Shown here piece after piece: positions 1 to 14,237 of a stretch of DNA of 64,000 bases. Within the stretch, counting starts at the first letter, position 1. Every line of letters starts with the position of its first letter. The translations under genes and the position numbers were made by a program. The stretch lies in the NCBI RefSeq assembly GCF_009914755.1, contig NC_060947.1; one strand, written 5' to 3'. This DNA is from the human T2T-CHM13v2.0 reference genome, Homo sapiens. The notes beneath the pieces are model-generated. The model worked only from the letters and a program-made list of their open reading frames with translations. It searched no databases and was not told where the DNA came from.

Positions 1-264
1 AAGTCATTTCTTATTAATTACTTTAAATGTAAATTAATTAAACTCTACTATCAAAATATATAGATTGGCATAATGAATAAAAAACATGATCCAACCCTAT
101 GCTATTTACACAAGTCTCGATATATACGTAAAGATGCAAATTGGTTAAAAATATAATACTTGGAAATAAACTTAGCCAAGGAGAAAAACGACTACACTGA
201 AAACTATAAAACTTTATAGAAAAACTTAAAGATGACACAAATAAATGAAAAGGCACTCTATGTG

Positions 265-657
265 TACCAGATGTATAAAGAAGAGTTGATACCAATTATA
301 CTGAAACTACTTGAAAAAGAAAGGAAAATGGACTCTTTCATAACTCATTCTACAAAACCAGTATCATCCTGATACCAAAATCTAGCAAAGACACAGAAAA
401 CAACAACAACAAAAAAAACTACAGGCCAATATTCCTGACCAACATAGACACAAAAATCCTCAACAAAATACTAGCAAACTGAATCCAGCAGCACATCAAA
501 AAGTTAATTCACCACGATTAATTGGGTTTTATTTTGGGGGTGCAAAAATGGATCAATTTATGCAAATCAATAAATGTGATTCTCCACATAAATCGAATTA
601 AAAACAAAAAACATATAATCATCTCAATAGATGTAGAAAAAGCATTTAATAAAATTC
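265..657 (+). mobile_element. Internal L1 ORF2 (RT-region) fragment of a younger subfamily inserted in the older L1
   Basis: cctgataccaaaatc...caaactgaatccagcagcacatc...tcaatagatgtagaaaaagc. The host sequence ctatgt|ttcacgtactggaagac resumes after it. Confidence 0.7.
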
Positions 658-990
658 ACGTACTGGAAGACTTAATATTGTCAAGATGTCAGCACTACTC
701 AAAATGGTGTACAGATTCAATGCAAACTCTATTAATGTCAAATGACATTATTTTTGAGAAATAGAAAACCCATTTTAAAATTTATATGGAATATCAAGGG
801 AACCTAAATGGGCAAAAAAAATTAAATGACAAACAAAGTTGGAGGGTTCACACTTCCTAATTTCAAAACTCACTACTACTACTATGTTGCAATAATCAAT
901 GTAATACCGGCATTACAGTATTGCATTGTACAGTCCAATACATGAATAAAATATAATAGAGAGCTAAGAAAAAAAAACTCATATATACGT

Positions 991-1358
991 TGCTATGGTT
1001 TGAATGTTTGGCCCCTCCAAGACTCATGTTGAAATTTATTTTGCCATTGTAAGAATATTAAGCGGTAGGAATTTTAAGAGATAATTAGGCCATAAGAATG
1101 CTTCCTTCATCAAAGGATTAATGTAATTACTGTATGAGTGGGTCCCTTATGAAATGATTAATTTGGCCCCCTTTTATCTCTCTCACCCTCTCTTTAACCT
1201 TCCACCATGGGATGACATAGCAAGATGGCCATCTCAAGATGCCAGGCTCTCAATATTGAACTTCGCAGCATTCAGAACTCTGAGCCAACAAATTTCTGTT
1301 CATTATAAATTATTCAGTCTATGATATTCTATCATAGCAGCAAAACCAGACTAAGGCA
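991..1358 (+). mobile_element. MaLR solo LTR (MST family)
   Basis: Starts tgctatggtttgaatgtttggcccctccaa and ends atagcagcaaaaccagactaaggca (TG..CA); interrupts L1 ORF2. Confidence 0.85.
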
Positions 1359-2340
1359 TATGGTCATATAATTTTCACGAGTATGTCATTCAAGGGGAAA
1401 AGGGATAGTTTCTCCAACAAATTGCTATTTAAAAACTGGATTTATATATGCAATAGAATAAAATTTGACCCTTACCTCAGGTCACATACAAAAGTTAAGT
1501 CAATATAAATCAAATGCTTAAACATTGAACTAAAACTAAAGAACTTTTAGAAGAGAGGTTAAGAGAACATCATAACATTGGATTTAGCAAGGATTTCTTA
1601 GGAAACTAGGTTACAATGATAGACAAAATGGACTTCATCAAAATTAAAAATTGTGTATCAAACAGAACTATAAATAGAGTGAAAAGACAACCCAAAATAT
1701 GGGAGAAAATATTTGCTAATCATATATCTGATATAGGATTATATCTATAATATATAAAGAGCTCCTATAACTCAACAAGCAAAACCAAACAACTCAGATA
1801 GAACAGACTTGAATAGACATTTCTACAAATAAGATATAGGAATCACTGATAAGCACATGAAAAGGTTTTGAGCATCGGCAATCAGTAGGGAAATAAAAAT
1901 CAATACCATGAGATACTACTGCACCCCCATTATGATGTTTATTATAAAACAAACAAACAAACAGAAAATACCAAGTGTTGGCATACATATGCAGATATTG
2001 AAGACATTGTGTATGCTGCTGGGAATGTAAAATGGTGCAGCCACTGTGGAAAACAGCAGGATGGGTCTGCAAAAAATAAAACATAGGTTTACCATATAAT
2101 TCAGCAATTCCGCTTCTGGGCATATAACTAAATGAATTCAAAGTGGGGACTTGAACAGATATTTGTACAGCAATTTTCATTACATTATTATTTACAATAG
2201 CCAAAGATGGAAACAACCCAAGGGCCTATCAACAGATGAATAAAATGTGGTATATACACACAATGGAATATTATACAAAAAGGAAGAAAACTCTGACATG
2301 TGTTACACTGAAAACATTATAATAAATGAAAGAGGCCAGC

Positions 2341-2916
2341 CATTATTTCTCAAAGTCCTAAAGACAGAAATGCCATTTGACCCAGCAATCTCATTACTTA
2401 GTATATACCCAAAGAAATGTAAATCATTCTATTATAAAGACACATGCATGCATATGTTCATTGCAGCACTATTCACAATAGCAAAGGCATGGAATTAGCC
2501 TAAATGCCCATCAATGATAGACTTGATAAAGAAAATGTGGTACATATACAACATGGAACACTATGCAGCCATAAAAATGAATAAGATCATGCCCTTTGCA
2601 GGGACATAGATGCAGCTGGAAGCCCTTATCCATAGCAAACTAATGCAGGAACCAAAAAAAAAAAATACTACATGTTATCACTTATAAGTGGGAGCTAAAT
2701 GATGAGAACACATAGACATATAGAGGGGAACAAAACACACTGGATTCTATTGGAGGGTAGAGCGTGGGAGAAGAAAGAGGATCAGGAAAAATAACTAATA
2801 GGCAATAGGATTAACAGCTGGGTGATGAAATAATCCATACAACAAACCCCCATGACACAAATTTACCTATGTAACAAAGCACATGTACCCCTGAACTTTA
2901 AATAAAAGTTAAAAAA
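2341..2916 (+). mobile_element. 5'-truncated primate L1 (older L1PA) 3' end with poly(A)
   Basis: EMPFDPAISLL ORF2 C-terminus, 3' UTR and aataaaagttaaaaaa tail; TSD-like gaaagaggccag / gaaagaagccag flanks. Confidence 0.88.
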
Positions 2917-3459
2917 GAAAGAAGCCAGGCAAGAAAGGGTAAATATTGTATAATTCTACTTACATGAGGTAAACAGAATTGTCAACTTCATAGAGACAGA
3001 AAGCAAAATATTGATTATTAGGGGATAGCAACAGGAAGAAATAGAGAATTATTGTTTAATTGGTACAGAGCTTCAGTTTAGGATCGTGAAAAACTTTTAG
3101 AAGTGAATGTGCTGATGTTTATACAATAATATAGATGTATTTAGTTCCACTAAATTATGTACTTAAAACTGGTTAAAATGGCAAATTTTTAATGCATATT
3201 TTAACATACTAAATAACAGGATTACAAAGAAAGCATTTATATTGAAAAAAATAAGTGAAGTGGAAAATGTTAATGTAGTAAGTTTTATATATATATGTAA
3301 TTAGGTCATAATATTAAATATGTAAAAATATATATAAATAGAAAAATTACCATAAGAATACAAGCTGCCATATCAAAAATGGTACCTGACCGTTCTGTCT
3401 TCTAATTTTTACTTTCTTTTTGAAATTCATATTATCACTAAGCTATTGCATTTACTCAC

Positions 3460-3562
3460 TCTTGACTATTAGCTTTGTGAGAACAGTTTCTAATGTCTTC
3501 ACCATTGTATCCATGGCACCAGCAGGATGATTGACATAGTAAGTAATTTTTGAATGGATGAA
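3460..3562 (+). mobile_element. L2 3' end remnant
   Basis: gactattagctttgtgagaacag...attgtatcc...gacatagtaagt...tgaatggatgaa resembles the L2 terminal pattern. Confidence 0.5.
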
Positions 3563-3919
3563 ATATTACTTCATTTATTTACAAAACAAACTTTTTTTAC
3601 TTAGTCACAACATTACGTACTCATATTTTAAATACACACAACGTAAAAAGCCATGTCAAGGAGTGACTATAATATAATCACTGAGAGTTACAGCTGTTAA
3701 AATTTCAGGATATGGAAATTACAATTATCCTACACATAATATTTTATAAATTATTCATTTTGCCTAACAATTTTTGTTCACAGATTTCCATGTAAAAATA
3801 CAGATTTAAAAACTATATTATTGTCTGAACAGTATTCCATATTATAGATGTAACAATATTTTTCTGACAACTCCCATATTTTATTTTTGTTTATGCTATT
3901 TTTCTGTTACAAATATGGA

Positions 3920-5560
3920 GAAACTAGCAACAGCAGAAAACTTTTTCTACAACTAAGGAGCATGTGGGATAAATAATATCAGTCTACGTAAGCTGGCATC
4001 AAGCAATTGGGGCCTTTCATTAGCACCTGTAGTCACAGAAGAACACAGCTAATACTAACAATATGACTCTGAATCAGGAAGGCAAGAGAAAAGAAATACC
4101 CAGACCTCTATTTCCTCTCACATTTTGGTATCCTACAAGTGCCTAATATATGAAATCTAACCAGCAAGGAAGCCTAGGTGATAATCTAGAATCAGCATCT
4201 CAGGGCAAAAAGTAAAACAGAGAAGGCTGGATAATGGATTTGATCAAGCCAATAGAAAATAACCCATATAGGTTTTTTTTTTTCTTTTATGCTTAATATC
4301 CATTGTTCCTTTTCATTCAGTTGAAGAAACTCATCTCACAGGGGAAAAACACATTACAGGCTTGTCTCAATTCAGTCATCTTTCCGCCTGTAACCTACTT
4401 TGTAATGTTAGTCACCACCAATAGCAAATGGTAATAGGAAATGAGGGTAATGATTAATGTAACATATACTTGGCTACTATAGTCATCACCTATGTAGCTG
4501 ATTGAGGCTTAAGTTGAAAATGATAACTTCTTTCTTCTGCTACTTATTCCTAGTTCTCTTTACTTTCTGATGATACATCCTCTGAATGGATGTCTTTACC
4601 TTGGAGGGTGTTAAAACTTCATTTCCAAAGAATCTGAATCTAGTAATCCTGCTAATTGAGTTGCTGCAAGTTTTGTTTTTATTAGAACAGGGGTTATCTT
4701 TATTATAGGAAAATCAAGTGCTAAAAGGAACCCCAATGAAGCTATTAGGCTCCAGTTATTGATCTAGAGCATGTCTATAGCAGCAAAAAAAATTTATCTT
4801 TAGTAATCTAGAAGAGTTGACACAAACATTACAGTAACTCCTTTTTTATTGTTTCACATAAGTGGCATGAGGAGCCCAAATGAGCTAAAGTTTATTTTAA
4901 CTACCAAGTTAATGGAATCATTTGCTGTGTTTCCAGATCAAAATATTTCTCCCTTGGATACTAGAACATGCAAGCACACCAAACCCATGGTTAAAAGGCA
5001 CAAACAAAGATTCTCTAAGTCAATTATTACTTACAGTAATATTATAATATAATAATATTATAGTGGAAATAATATAATAGTGGAAAGATCTACTCCTACC
5101 CTTACTATTTCATTAGTGGACCCATATATTATAGCATCGTATATCATTTCTTGATTTAAAGTATATACTACCACTGGCTATACTGTACCCCAAATATTCA
5201 AACGTGTGGCTTTCTAGATGTTGACATAACCATTTCTTGAGTTTGATTTTGCATTGTACTGTTATGTCAGGCCACCTCCTTCTGGGGGATGAGGTATGTA
5301 TGTAGTCACATCAATAAGTTTAATAGGCATGAGCTCAAATGATTCAGCCCTCAAGGTTCAGCCTCAAAATAAACATAATGGACAAGAGGGATCGTGTAAT
5401 GGATTTGAGTGGAGGTTATTAAATAGAGAACAGTCAGGACACTTCACTTATCATGAAGTCTCAAAAAGCCGAAAAGACAGAGATGGTTCAGGAATAACAA
5501 AAAGTAACCATGCTTGCTGGAAGTAACATGTTGGTGATATAAATGAGAGGAGAAATTACA
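3920..5560 (-). mobile_element. Ancient ERVL-class LTR plus internal (integrase/dUTPase region) remnant
   Basis: The reverse complement near 5230-5300 resembles the ERVL integrase HPEAAGLIERWNG coding sequence also seen near 32180-32230. 4090-4260 resembles an old ERVL LTR. Very degenerate; boundaries approximate. Confidence 0.45.
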
Positions 5561-6228
5561 TTGAAAGAAGCCCTGCTTTACCCATCTCAGTAGACTTAGG
5601 AGCAGGGGAAGCTAAATAAATTTTATGGCATAAGTGTAATCTACCTTGTCCTGAAATATGTTCTTTGCCTCTGACCCACAAAATCTACCTGCAAATATAT
5701 AGTCTAGGAAGGATTTATCACATTTAAAGAAGAATAGTAATAAAAAGTGAACCAACACAGGGCTTATTAAAATATATTATATTGAAAAGCAGAGGAAAGG
5801 AGCAGAAAAAATTAATGGCAAGTAAATATTTACCACCAAGAAAAGGTCTTAATGGAGCAAATGAAAATAATTTTAAAAATTATCATTACTTAAAAAATAT
5901 AATAAAGCAATTACCTAATGCAAAGTTTTGAGACCATAGAAAATTGACATTTTGATACCAATAGGATGTGGATGTATACTAAAAAGGTAATTAAGTTAAA
6001 TATATATATATTATATTAGAGAGAAAATGATAGATATGTGACACGAGCAACAGAAAACACAACATATGTATTTTTCAATTCCCCAATGAAGAAAATCAAA
6101 ATAATGGACCAAAACAATGATTAGAAGATAACACTTAATTTAAAAATACGGAAATAAGAAGATAGAATCTAAAAATCTATGAGACAGAAAAAAGTCAGAA
6201 CAATCAACATGAAGAAGTAGTCAATATA

Positions 6229-6330
6229 ATTATCTCCATTTTAAATATAAAGGAATTAAATTTCACAAGGTTACATACAGAGTAAATAGAATAACCTGAA
6301 TTCAAACAGAGCATATATTTGATTTCATAG
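6229..6330 (+). mobile_element. MIR remnant
   Basis: attatctccatttta...caaggttacatacagagtaaatagaataacctgaattcaaac resembles the MIR core. Confidence 0.5.
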
Positions 6331-7299
6331 ACCAGCCTCTCATAGAAACTTCTCCTTCAGCCTTTTAAACCCACAGGATTGGCTCTGGGGCTCTGCTGGG
6401 TAGCAATTTTACTCTAAGCAGAAATTGAGACATGACCCTGATCAGATAAAAAATGTATCAGGTATATGTCAAAAAACTATAACTTCTATGCATACACTGA
6501 TTGTTCTATAAATACAAAATGGTTAAATTAACAGTGCAAAGAGTTTTAAAAGTGAATGGATAAGCTGTTTGTGAATTTTGGAATAAATTCATGAAAATCA
6601 TAAAGATATTAAATAAGTAAAATATTCAGGAAAGAAACCACAATTTTTGTCACTTATTTTTTAAAAGTGCTATTACATATACTGTAGTAACTATGAAAAT
6701 GTAACTTTTATATATTATAAGCATGCATTTTAGCAAATACTAGAGTACTTTAGCCATTTTATTGTGAAAAACAATTCCCTCAAAATTAAAAAGAAAATAT
6801 TATTCATTATTTCACCACCTTAGTATAATACTTAAGATAATATTGTAAGCATAATATTTAATTACAATGTTTACTTTTAGACCAAGAAGACCTGAAGTAT
6901 CACCCAAGAAACAAAAGAAGTAAGTCACTTGGACACAAGATAGATTGATGACAAAGTAATTTCTATGATCATTAATGAATACTAGGAATATTAGTCTTTA
7001 ATTTCTCTTTACAAAATTCTCTAAAACTGAATCTATTAGCTTCAATCCTGTGGTAATTGATTCTTTTTGGTTAGCATAGATGCATTACCTGGCTTTTAGT
7101 AATCCACTTTATCATTGTATCTAAAGAGCTGCAAGTATCACGCCAGGAATAGATTAAAGATAAATGGGAGAAGCGCAGGAGGATGCTGATGACTAACTTC
7201 TGGACAATGCCATAGAAAAAATTACAAAAAAAGTGTTTCTTTATGTTTAATGTGCTCCTAATAAATTATCTAGCTTGTTAATGGAAAATAATTAAGTTA

Positions 7300-7638
7300 T
7301 GAATTGGTAGTCTACATAAAGCAGATTTACCTCCCTAATGTGGATGGGCCTCTTCCAAACAGTTGAAGGCCTGAATAGAACATAAAAGCGGAATAAAGGA
7401 AAACTCCTCCTGCCTGACTGCCTTTAAGCTGGAACATTGTTTTTTATGCCTTTGGATGCAAACTGAAACACTGGCTCTTCCTGGGTCTTGAGCTTGCCAA
7501 GCTTCCTGTTAAAGGTACTTCATTGGCTCTCTGGAGTCGACAGTCTGCCAACTGCAGTACAGATCTTGGGATGTGACAGTCCCCATAATTATGTAAGCCA
7601 AATTTTTGTAATAAATATTACTCTGTCTTCTGTCTTCC

Positions 7639-7683
<45 letters not shown>

Positions 7684-7774
7684 ATAACACAAACACACAC
7701 TCTTTCTCTCTCCCCCCCTTTCTTGCTCTATCAATTACCCTATGGCTTCTCTTTCTCCAGAGAACTCTAATACA
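7300..7774 (+). mobile_element. MLT2-family (older ERVL) LTR containing a (TC)n(CA)n microsatellite at about 7639-7700
   Basis: ctccctaatgtggatgggcctc...gttgaaggcctgaatagaac, ending ccagagaactctaataca. Confidence 0.85.
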
Positions 7775-8409
7775 CACATCATAATCATAGAGCCCACATA
7801 AAAGAATAAGCAGATCATATATCATATGTGAATATTAAAACTATTTGTGCTAAATCTGGAATTTCTAAGAGCAAGAAGGAAGGAAAATAAAATGCTTATT
7901 TTGAAACTAAAATCCTTAAATAATGGTAATATCACTGGTAATTAAAAATTTTGCTTGTACATTTTGGAACTACTTTAAGGCTATCAGGGACAGAAATATG
8001 TGCAACATTCTACTGTATTTTTTACAAAGAAAAATTTGACCATAGATGCATCTGATCCAGGCAGAACATTTCAAATATCAAACAAATATCTTGTGAGTCT
8101 TAATAATCACTCCAAAAAAGTTCATCACTTAATTAAAAAGTTGCCAAAAGCTAATACTCATGTTTTCATTTTAATGTGAAAAATTTATAATATATTGAAA
8201 TGTCTAATTTTGAAGTTCTTTTCATCCTATAGTACTGCCATATGCAGTAGGTGAAATACTTCATAATGAGGCCCTAGGGATTTTTTTGATAACAACACCC
8301 AAGAAGGTACTACAGAGAGATGTTTCATAATAAAGTCTGCATAGAGGTTGAAGAAGAATTAGCTAATTCACTGTCTCTACTATGTATTTGTGCTTATTTA
8401 AAAATTATT

Positions 8410-9815
8410 TGGAGGGACTTCAAGAGGGCTGACTGGAGGCATCTGATATTCAGCACCTCTACAAAAATGAACCAAAATAGGAATTTGATAATCACACTAC
8501 AAATAGATCATCTAAAAAGGAAAACTGGAATTCAACATAGAAGTGACAAAAAAAAAAAAAAAAAAACACTTAAGGCAACAACGGAAATGAAAATGAGGCA
8601 ACCTGCTTGACCAGGATTATACAAGATTCCAGAGAAACTGGGTGAGCGAGATACCCTCAGTGATCCACATCCTCAACACAAACTACAGCAATTCTATCCA
8701 TGAGACAGCCCCCTAACTGTCACAGACCCTGAGACCAACATTGGGAGCTGCCTGGACACTGGTTGAAGGCATTACTCTAGAGAGTGACTCACAGGGTCCC
8801 ACATACCCCTGAACCTTAAGCAGCTACTGCAAAGCCACACAGAACTCCATCCTTCCTTGGGGCACAACAGTCTTTCAATCTCCACATTCCTGCAGCCCCA
8901 TTGACATCCCCTACCTGCAGGCACCACTGCTACTGGCTGCTACCACCAGGTCCAAAGTGCAAGCCATTAGCAGTTTGAATGTCCTCAGCAGCCAGGCCAT
9001 CATGCATTTATATCACCCTGAAGACAGACAATCCCACCTGCAACCGCCACCTGGGGCTAAAGTGGTGTGCTTCCCAGCTACCTGTCTATGGCTGGTGGAA
9101 ATAAATGCAACCCTACACTCCTCAGCATCTGGGCCACAGCACTGGCACTGTCATCCCCACAGGAGCATTCCACCATGGATGCAGAAGTAACTCCACTCCT
9201 GCCTACTACAGATAGCACCTGCATGCACAACTGGAAGGCCTGCAAACAGACCCTCCCAGTGTAGCATTACCTACCCCACTGCCCAAGGCCTGGGAATTTC
9301 CCTGACTTATATTCCACCATTGATACCTACATTCCTACCAGGGGCCTGAGGATGGGCATACCTATCTACCACTACCACCACAGCTGCCACAAAATCACAT
9401 GTGGCGCCTGCAATAGGAGGAACTGGAGTGCCCAGCCAATTGCAGTTACTGCCAACACCAGCATGAACCACATGGGAGCCAGAAGGTTGTCCCACCTTCT
9501 GTCATTGCTTACATCACACCTACTGTCATTGCTTATGTCACACCTGCTGTCCATGGGCCTGAGGAGTAACCCACCTGCCTGGGTCACTTTTGCCACTGCT
9601 AGAACTTGCAAAATTCAACTGGGGATTCAAGAGTCAGCCTGTGTCAATCTGCTAACACCAGTGCAAGAGTATAATGCCCTGGAACCCAAAGACAGGTATG
9701 CTTGACCTGATGTTGCCACTGCTAAGTCCCAAAGACTGGAAGTGGCATTGCCATTCCCAGAAAAAAAAAATTACTACAACCTCCAATAACAACCTCCAAT
9801 AATTTCCATATAAGG
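8410..9815 (+). mobile_element. Isolated L1 5' UTR (L1M2-like)
   Basis: ggagggacttcaagagggctgactggaggcatc start and a C-rich UTR body; no ORF1 follows. Confidence 0.7.
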
Positions 9816-10395
9816 AAATTATACCGAGATTTAATAGAAGAGTTCTTATCTCAGAGAATTAAGAATCACAAATTGGTGATTGTCTTAATAAAAGGAAGAA
9901 AGATATTTTAGACATACTATAGTCAAAATCTTATTTACAAATGAGAAAACAATTATACTCTTCTTTTTTGTAGAGTAATTTTTATGCTGTCTTGATTTTC
10001 CTCATCAGATAATATTTGACATAAATAAGTTTAAAAGAGCTATTGGTAAATAACACCTGTACAATAATAGAGTTAAAATCTATATATATTTGGTTATTTC
10101 TTTTTTATATAAATTTATTAAGTTTTATAACTGTATTTATTTGAAAATTGCTACTAGTTAATGTTATTTGTATCAGTATTGGCTTTGTGGTATACATTTT
10201 GTTAAAAAATCACCTTTGTGTCAGAAAGATGTCAAACTAGAAAGCTCTAGGCCCTTATTTCCCCACAGAAACATCAAGGAGGCAGAAGTAGATTGAGTAA
10301 AATTGATTTGTGAGAATTCCAAAAAGCATTCACATTCAAGGGTAGACATCAACTAAGCAAATACCCAATCAAGAAAAAGACACACTCAAAATGGT

Positions 10396-10454
10396 AAAAA
10401 AAAAGAAAAGAAAAAAGAAGAAAGAAGGAAAGAAAGAGAGAAAGAAAGAAAGGA

Positions 10455-10502
<48 letters not shown>

Positions 10503-10592
10503 AAAGAAAGAAAAGAAAGGAAAGAAAGAAAGAAAGAAAAAGAAAGAAAGAAAGAAAAGAAAGAAAAAGAAAGAAAGAAAGAAAAGAAAGGA

Positions 10593-10640
<48 letters not shown>

Positions 10641-10648
10641 AAAAGAAA
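10396..10648 (+). repeat. (GAAA)n polypurine microsatellite
   Basis: Directly visible purine tract of about 250 bp. Confidence 0.97.
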
Positions 10649-12988
10649 TGTGGTGTAGCTTGTTTGGGAGGAAGCTACTCAATGTCCAGCTCCTATATCA
10701 GGACAGAAGATAATTAGTATAACTTATTTCATCTGAGACCCTCCCAGGGGATGGGTTTCTGTCTCACTTGACTCAGACCTCAGCAGAAGCTATAGCATAA
10801 CTTTTATATCAGATTGGAGGCTGATGAAAGCAGCAGAGGGACTACAGACCCATGCGTACATGAAAGCAACAGATTATGAGCAGGAGAATACAACATAATA
10901 TTTTAAGACCTTGAGAAAAAATAAGAGTGAGACTCCTAGGGAAAAAAGGATGAGTGAAAGCAGCTGTGTACATGGTGAAATAAGAACATGCTCAAACCTA
11001 GGAAAAATGCATATGTAGATAAGGCCTGAGAACACCTTATGCTTTTAAATCACTCAGTTTAACGAAGGTATTTCCTTGCATACAGCCAGTCTTCAACGGC
11101 AGGGAGAGGTGGCTGTTTTCCGTTAATGCCGATTTTTCAACCAAAAATAATGGAGACACGTAGAGAAACAAGGAATTGTGGTCCTTTCAAAGGACCAAAA
11201 TAAATCTTTAGAAACTGAAAAGAAACATAGGCTATGGATTTATTAGATAAGTATTTTTCAATATTCCTAAATATTCTCAAATAAACTAAAATTTAAAAAA
11301 TTTAAAAACGGAAATTTTCAATTTAAAAAATGGAAAGATAAATAAGTATGGAAAACAATATATAAACAAAATAGGAATATTCACAAACAGGTAGAAAGAG
11401 CAATACAAAATAGATATTCTGGATCTGAAAAATTTAAAAACAATGAATTTAAAAATTTACTAGGGGGTTCAAGAGCAGTCTCACACAGAAGAAAGAGTCA
11501 TTGAATTTGAAGCAGGGTAATTTGAAATTATCAAGTTTGAGGAGTGGAGCAAAAACAGAAAGAAATAAAGAACAGTCAGCAGAACCTAAGATCTTGTTGG
11601 GACACCATCAAGTGGACCAATGTGTACATTTTCAAAGTCCTAGAACGAGACAAGAAGAAAGCAGATAATTTTCTCAAAATAGCAAAATACTTCCCAAATT
11701 TGAAGACAGATATGGATATACAAATATGAGACATTCAGCAAACACCAAGCTGATGCAAGAGACCCACATGAAAACACATAATCTAACTGTTGAAAGTCAA
11801 AGATAAAGAATCACAAACGCAGCAAGAGGAAAGCAACACATCACATATAAGGTGTCAATAACATTATCAATGAATTTTTCAGCAGAAAGATTTGAGGCCA
11901 AAAGGCACTGGGGTGATATATTTAAAGTGCTGAAGGGAAAAATATAAAGCAGTCAACTAAAATTTCAACATTTAGCTAAATGTCTTTCAAAAATGAGGAA
12001 AAATATTAATATTATCAGATGAGGAAAAACTGAAGAAGTTTATTACCAGGTAACCTCTACTACAATAATAAAAGACTCTATAAAGTAACTTGGTGCCAAA
12101 CAAAACTATAAAGGTCTTTGATAAAGGCAAATATCTGAAGAAATATATAAATTAATTTTATTGTAAATTTGGTTAATAACTCTTCTTATTTCTTTACAAG
12201 ATTTAAAAGACAAAATTATAAAAAATACAAATCTACATTAATGAGCACAAAATAAAGATGACATTTGTGACATCAATAACATAAAGTTGACGTAATGGGG
12301 TGAGAAATAAAGAAGCAGATCTTTCATATGTAGTTGAAGTTACCATTTAACATGTACTCCTATAAGTTTAAGATGTCATGTGTAATCCCATTAATAACTA
12401 AAAAGGATATGTCTATAGAATATATGCAAAAGACAAAGAAAGAAATCAAAATGTCCCACTAAAAAAACACAAGACAAAAGAAGGCAGCGGGTGTATAAAT
12501 TAGGAAAATAATGTTATAAGACATATCAAAAAAATACAAACTGGCAATAATAAATTCTCTCCATCAGTAACTACTTTAAATGTAAAGGGCTTAAACTTCC
12601 CAACAAAATAAAAAGTATTAGAAGAAAGGATTAAAAAATAGGACCCAACTATGTGTGTACAAGAAATTCACTTTAGACATAAAAACATACATAGCTTGAA
12701 TGTAAAATTTGGAATAAGATATTTCATGGAAATAGTAACTAGCCCTAAGATAGCAGTGTGATGACTCTAGAAATATTACACACAATAGATTTAAGAAAAA
12801 AAAGTTTACAAGACAGAAAAAGACATTATATAATTATAAAAGTAATAATTCATTAAGAAAATATAACAATTATAAATATGCGTGCACCAAACATCAGAGC
12901 TCCTAAATATATGAATTAAAACACTGACAGGTTGAAAGGAGAAATAGACAGTGCTACTATAATAGTAGTAGGTTTCAATACTCTCTGC

Positions 12989-13215
12989 TGTGATGGTTAA
13001 TATTGCATGTCAATGGGGACAGTGTTTTTGGATGAGATTAACATTTAAATTAGTGAACCCTGAGTAAGTAGATTGCTCTCCATAATGTGAGTGGGCCTTA
13101 CTCAATCAATGGCAGGCCTGAATAGAACCAAAAGATGGGCTTCCTGAGCAAAAGAAAATTTATTCAGCAGACTGCCTTTGAACTTCATCTACATCATCAG
13201 CTTTCCTGGGTCTCT
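12989..13215 (+). mobile_element. MLT2 LTR 5' half, truncated by a deletion that also removes part of the host L1 ORF2
   Basis: tgtgatggttaatattg start; ggcctgaatagaacc; abrupt switch to a distant part of L1 ORF2. Confidence 0.8.
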
Positions 13216-14237
13216 GAAAACAACAAAGCCATCCAAATTACAAAGAAAGAAGTAAAATTTTCAGTTTGCAGATGACAAGATCTTACATATAGATAATCAA
13301 GACTTTGCAAAAGTGTTAATTAATAGAATTAATTTAGTAAAGTTATAGAATATAAAGTCAACATGAAAATAACAGTTTGGTTTTCACACACTAGCAATCA
13401 ATAACCAGAAAAGAAAATTAAAACAATTTTATTGCAATGATATCAAAAATACTTAAAGATAAAATTTTTGAAGTTATAAGATATATAATAAAAAGTAAAA
13501 AAAATACTATAATGAATTAAAGAGGACTCCAATAAATGAAAATATATTCCATTTTCATGGACTGGAAGACGTAACATTGTAAAGTTGTCAATTCATCCAA
13601 AATGATGTATAAATTTAATGCAATCTCTCTCATAATCTCAATAATGTTTTTTTCAGATAAAGAAAAAATCCATCTGAAAATTTATAGGGAATCTCAAAGG
13701 GTCCTCAATAGCCAAAATAATTTTGACAAAAAAGAACTTTGAAAGTTTCATACTTATTGCTTTTAAAACATACTAAGAAGCCAGAATTACCAAAACATTG
13801 TGGTACTGGCATGAAGATAGACATACAGAACAATTTAATAGAAAACAAGCACATAAAATACTCTCACATCTATAGCCAAATGATTTTCCCATAGGAGTTC
13901 CAAGATCATTCAGTAGGGAAAGGACAGTCTTTTCAATGAATGGTATTGGATAAATAAATATTCATATGCAAAATGATCAAATAGATTTCTAATCTTATTG
14001 CATATACAAATATAGTTACCTCAAAATGGATGAAAGACCTAAACATAAGAGCTAAAACTAAAATAACTAAAATTCTTAGAAAAAAAATAAGAGAAAAGCC
14101 TCATGGATTTGGCAGTGATTTGCTTTTCAAAAAAAAAAGGGCAAAAAGCTGTATAAATTGGACTTCATGGAATTTTAAAACTTCTGTGCATCAAAAAGCA
14201 CAACAGAGTAAAAGGCAATTCATAATAAGAGATAATT

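Larger units (their letters stand above)
1..3210 (+). mobile_element. Old LINE-1 (L1MA/L1MB-like), fragmented ORF2 plus 3' UTR; host to three nested insertions
   Basis: Degenerate ORF2 endonuclease start (ctttaaatgtaaat), later ORF2 segments (ggaagacttaatattgtcaagatg, aaatggtgcagccactgtggaaaac) and an L1M-type 3' end near 3170-3210. Confidence 0.85.
10220..14225 (+). mobile_element. Old L1 (L1M-type): 5' region, ORF1 relic and internally deleted ORF2 relic
   Basis: ORF1 relic (WDTIKWTN, FPNL) at 11544-11729; endonuclease start ctttaaatgtaaagggc near 12574; later ORF2 at 13215-14220 (MKDLNIRAKT). Confidence 0.8.

Noticed and set aside
8957-9705. Cluster of ORFs in a GC-richer island
   Set aside because: It lies in an L1 5' UTR remnant, is CpG-poor and shows no recognisable domain.
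10386-10717. K/E/R-rich and F/L/S-rich ORFs (also 14402-14779 and 15953-16297)
   Set aside because: They are translations of stop-free microsatellites, not genes.
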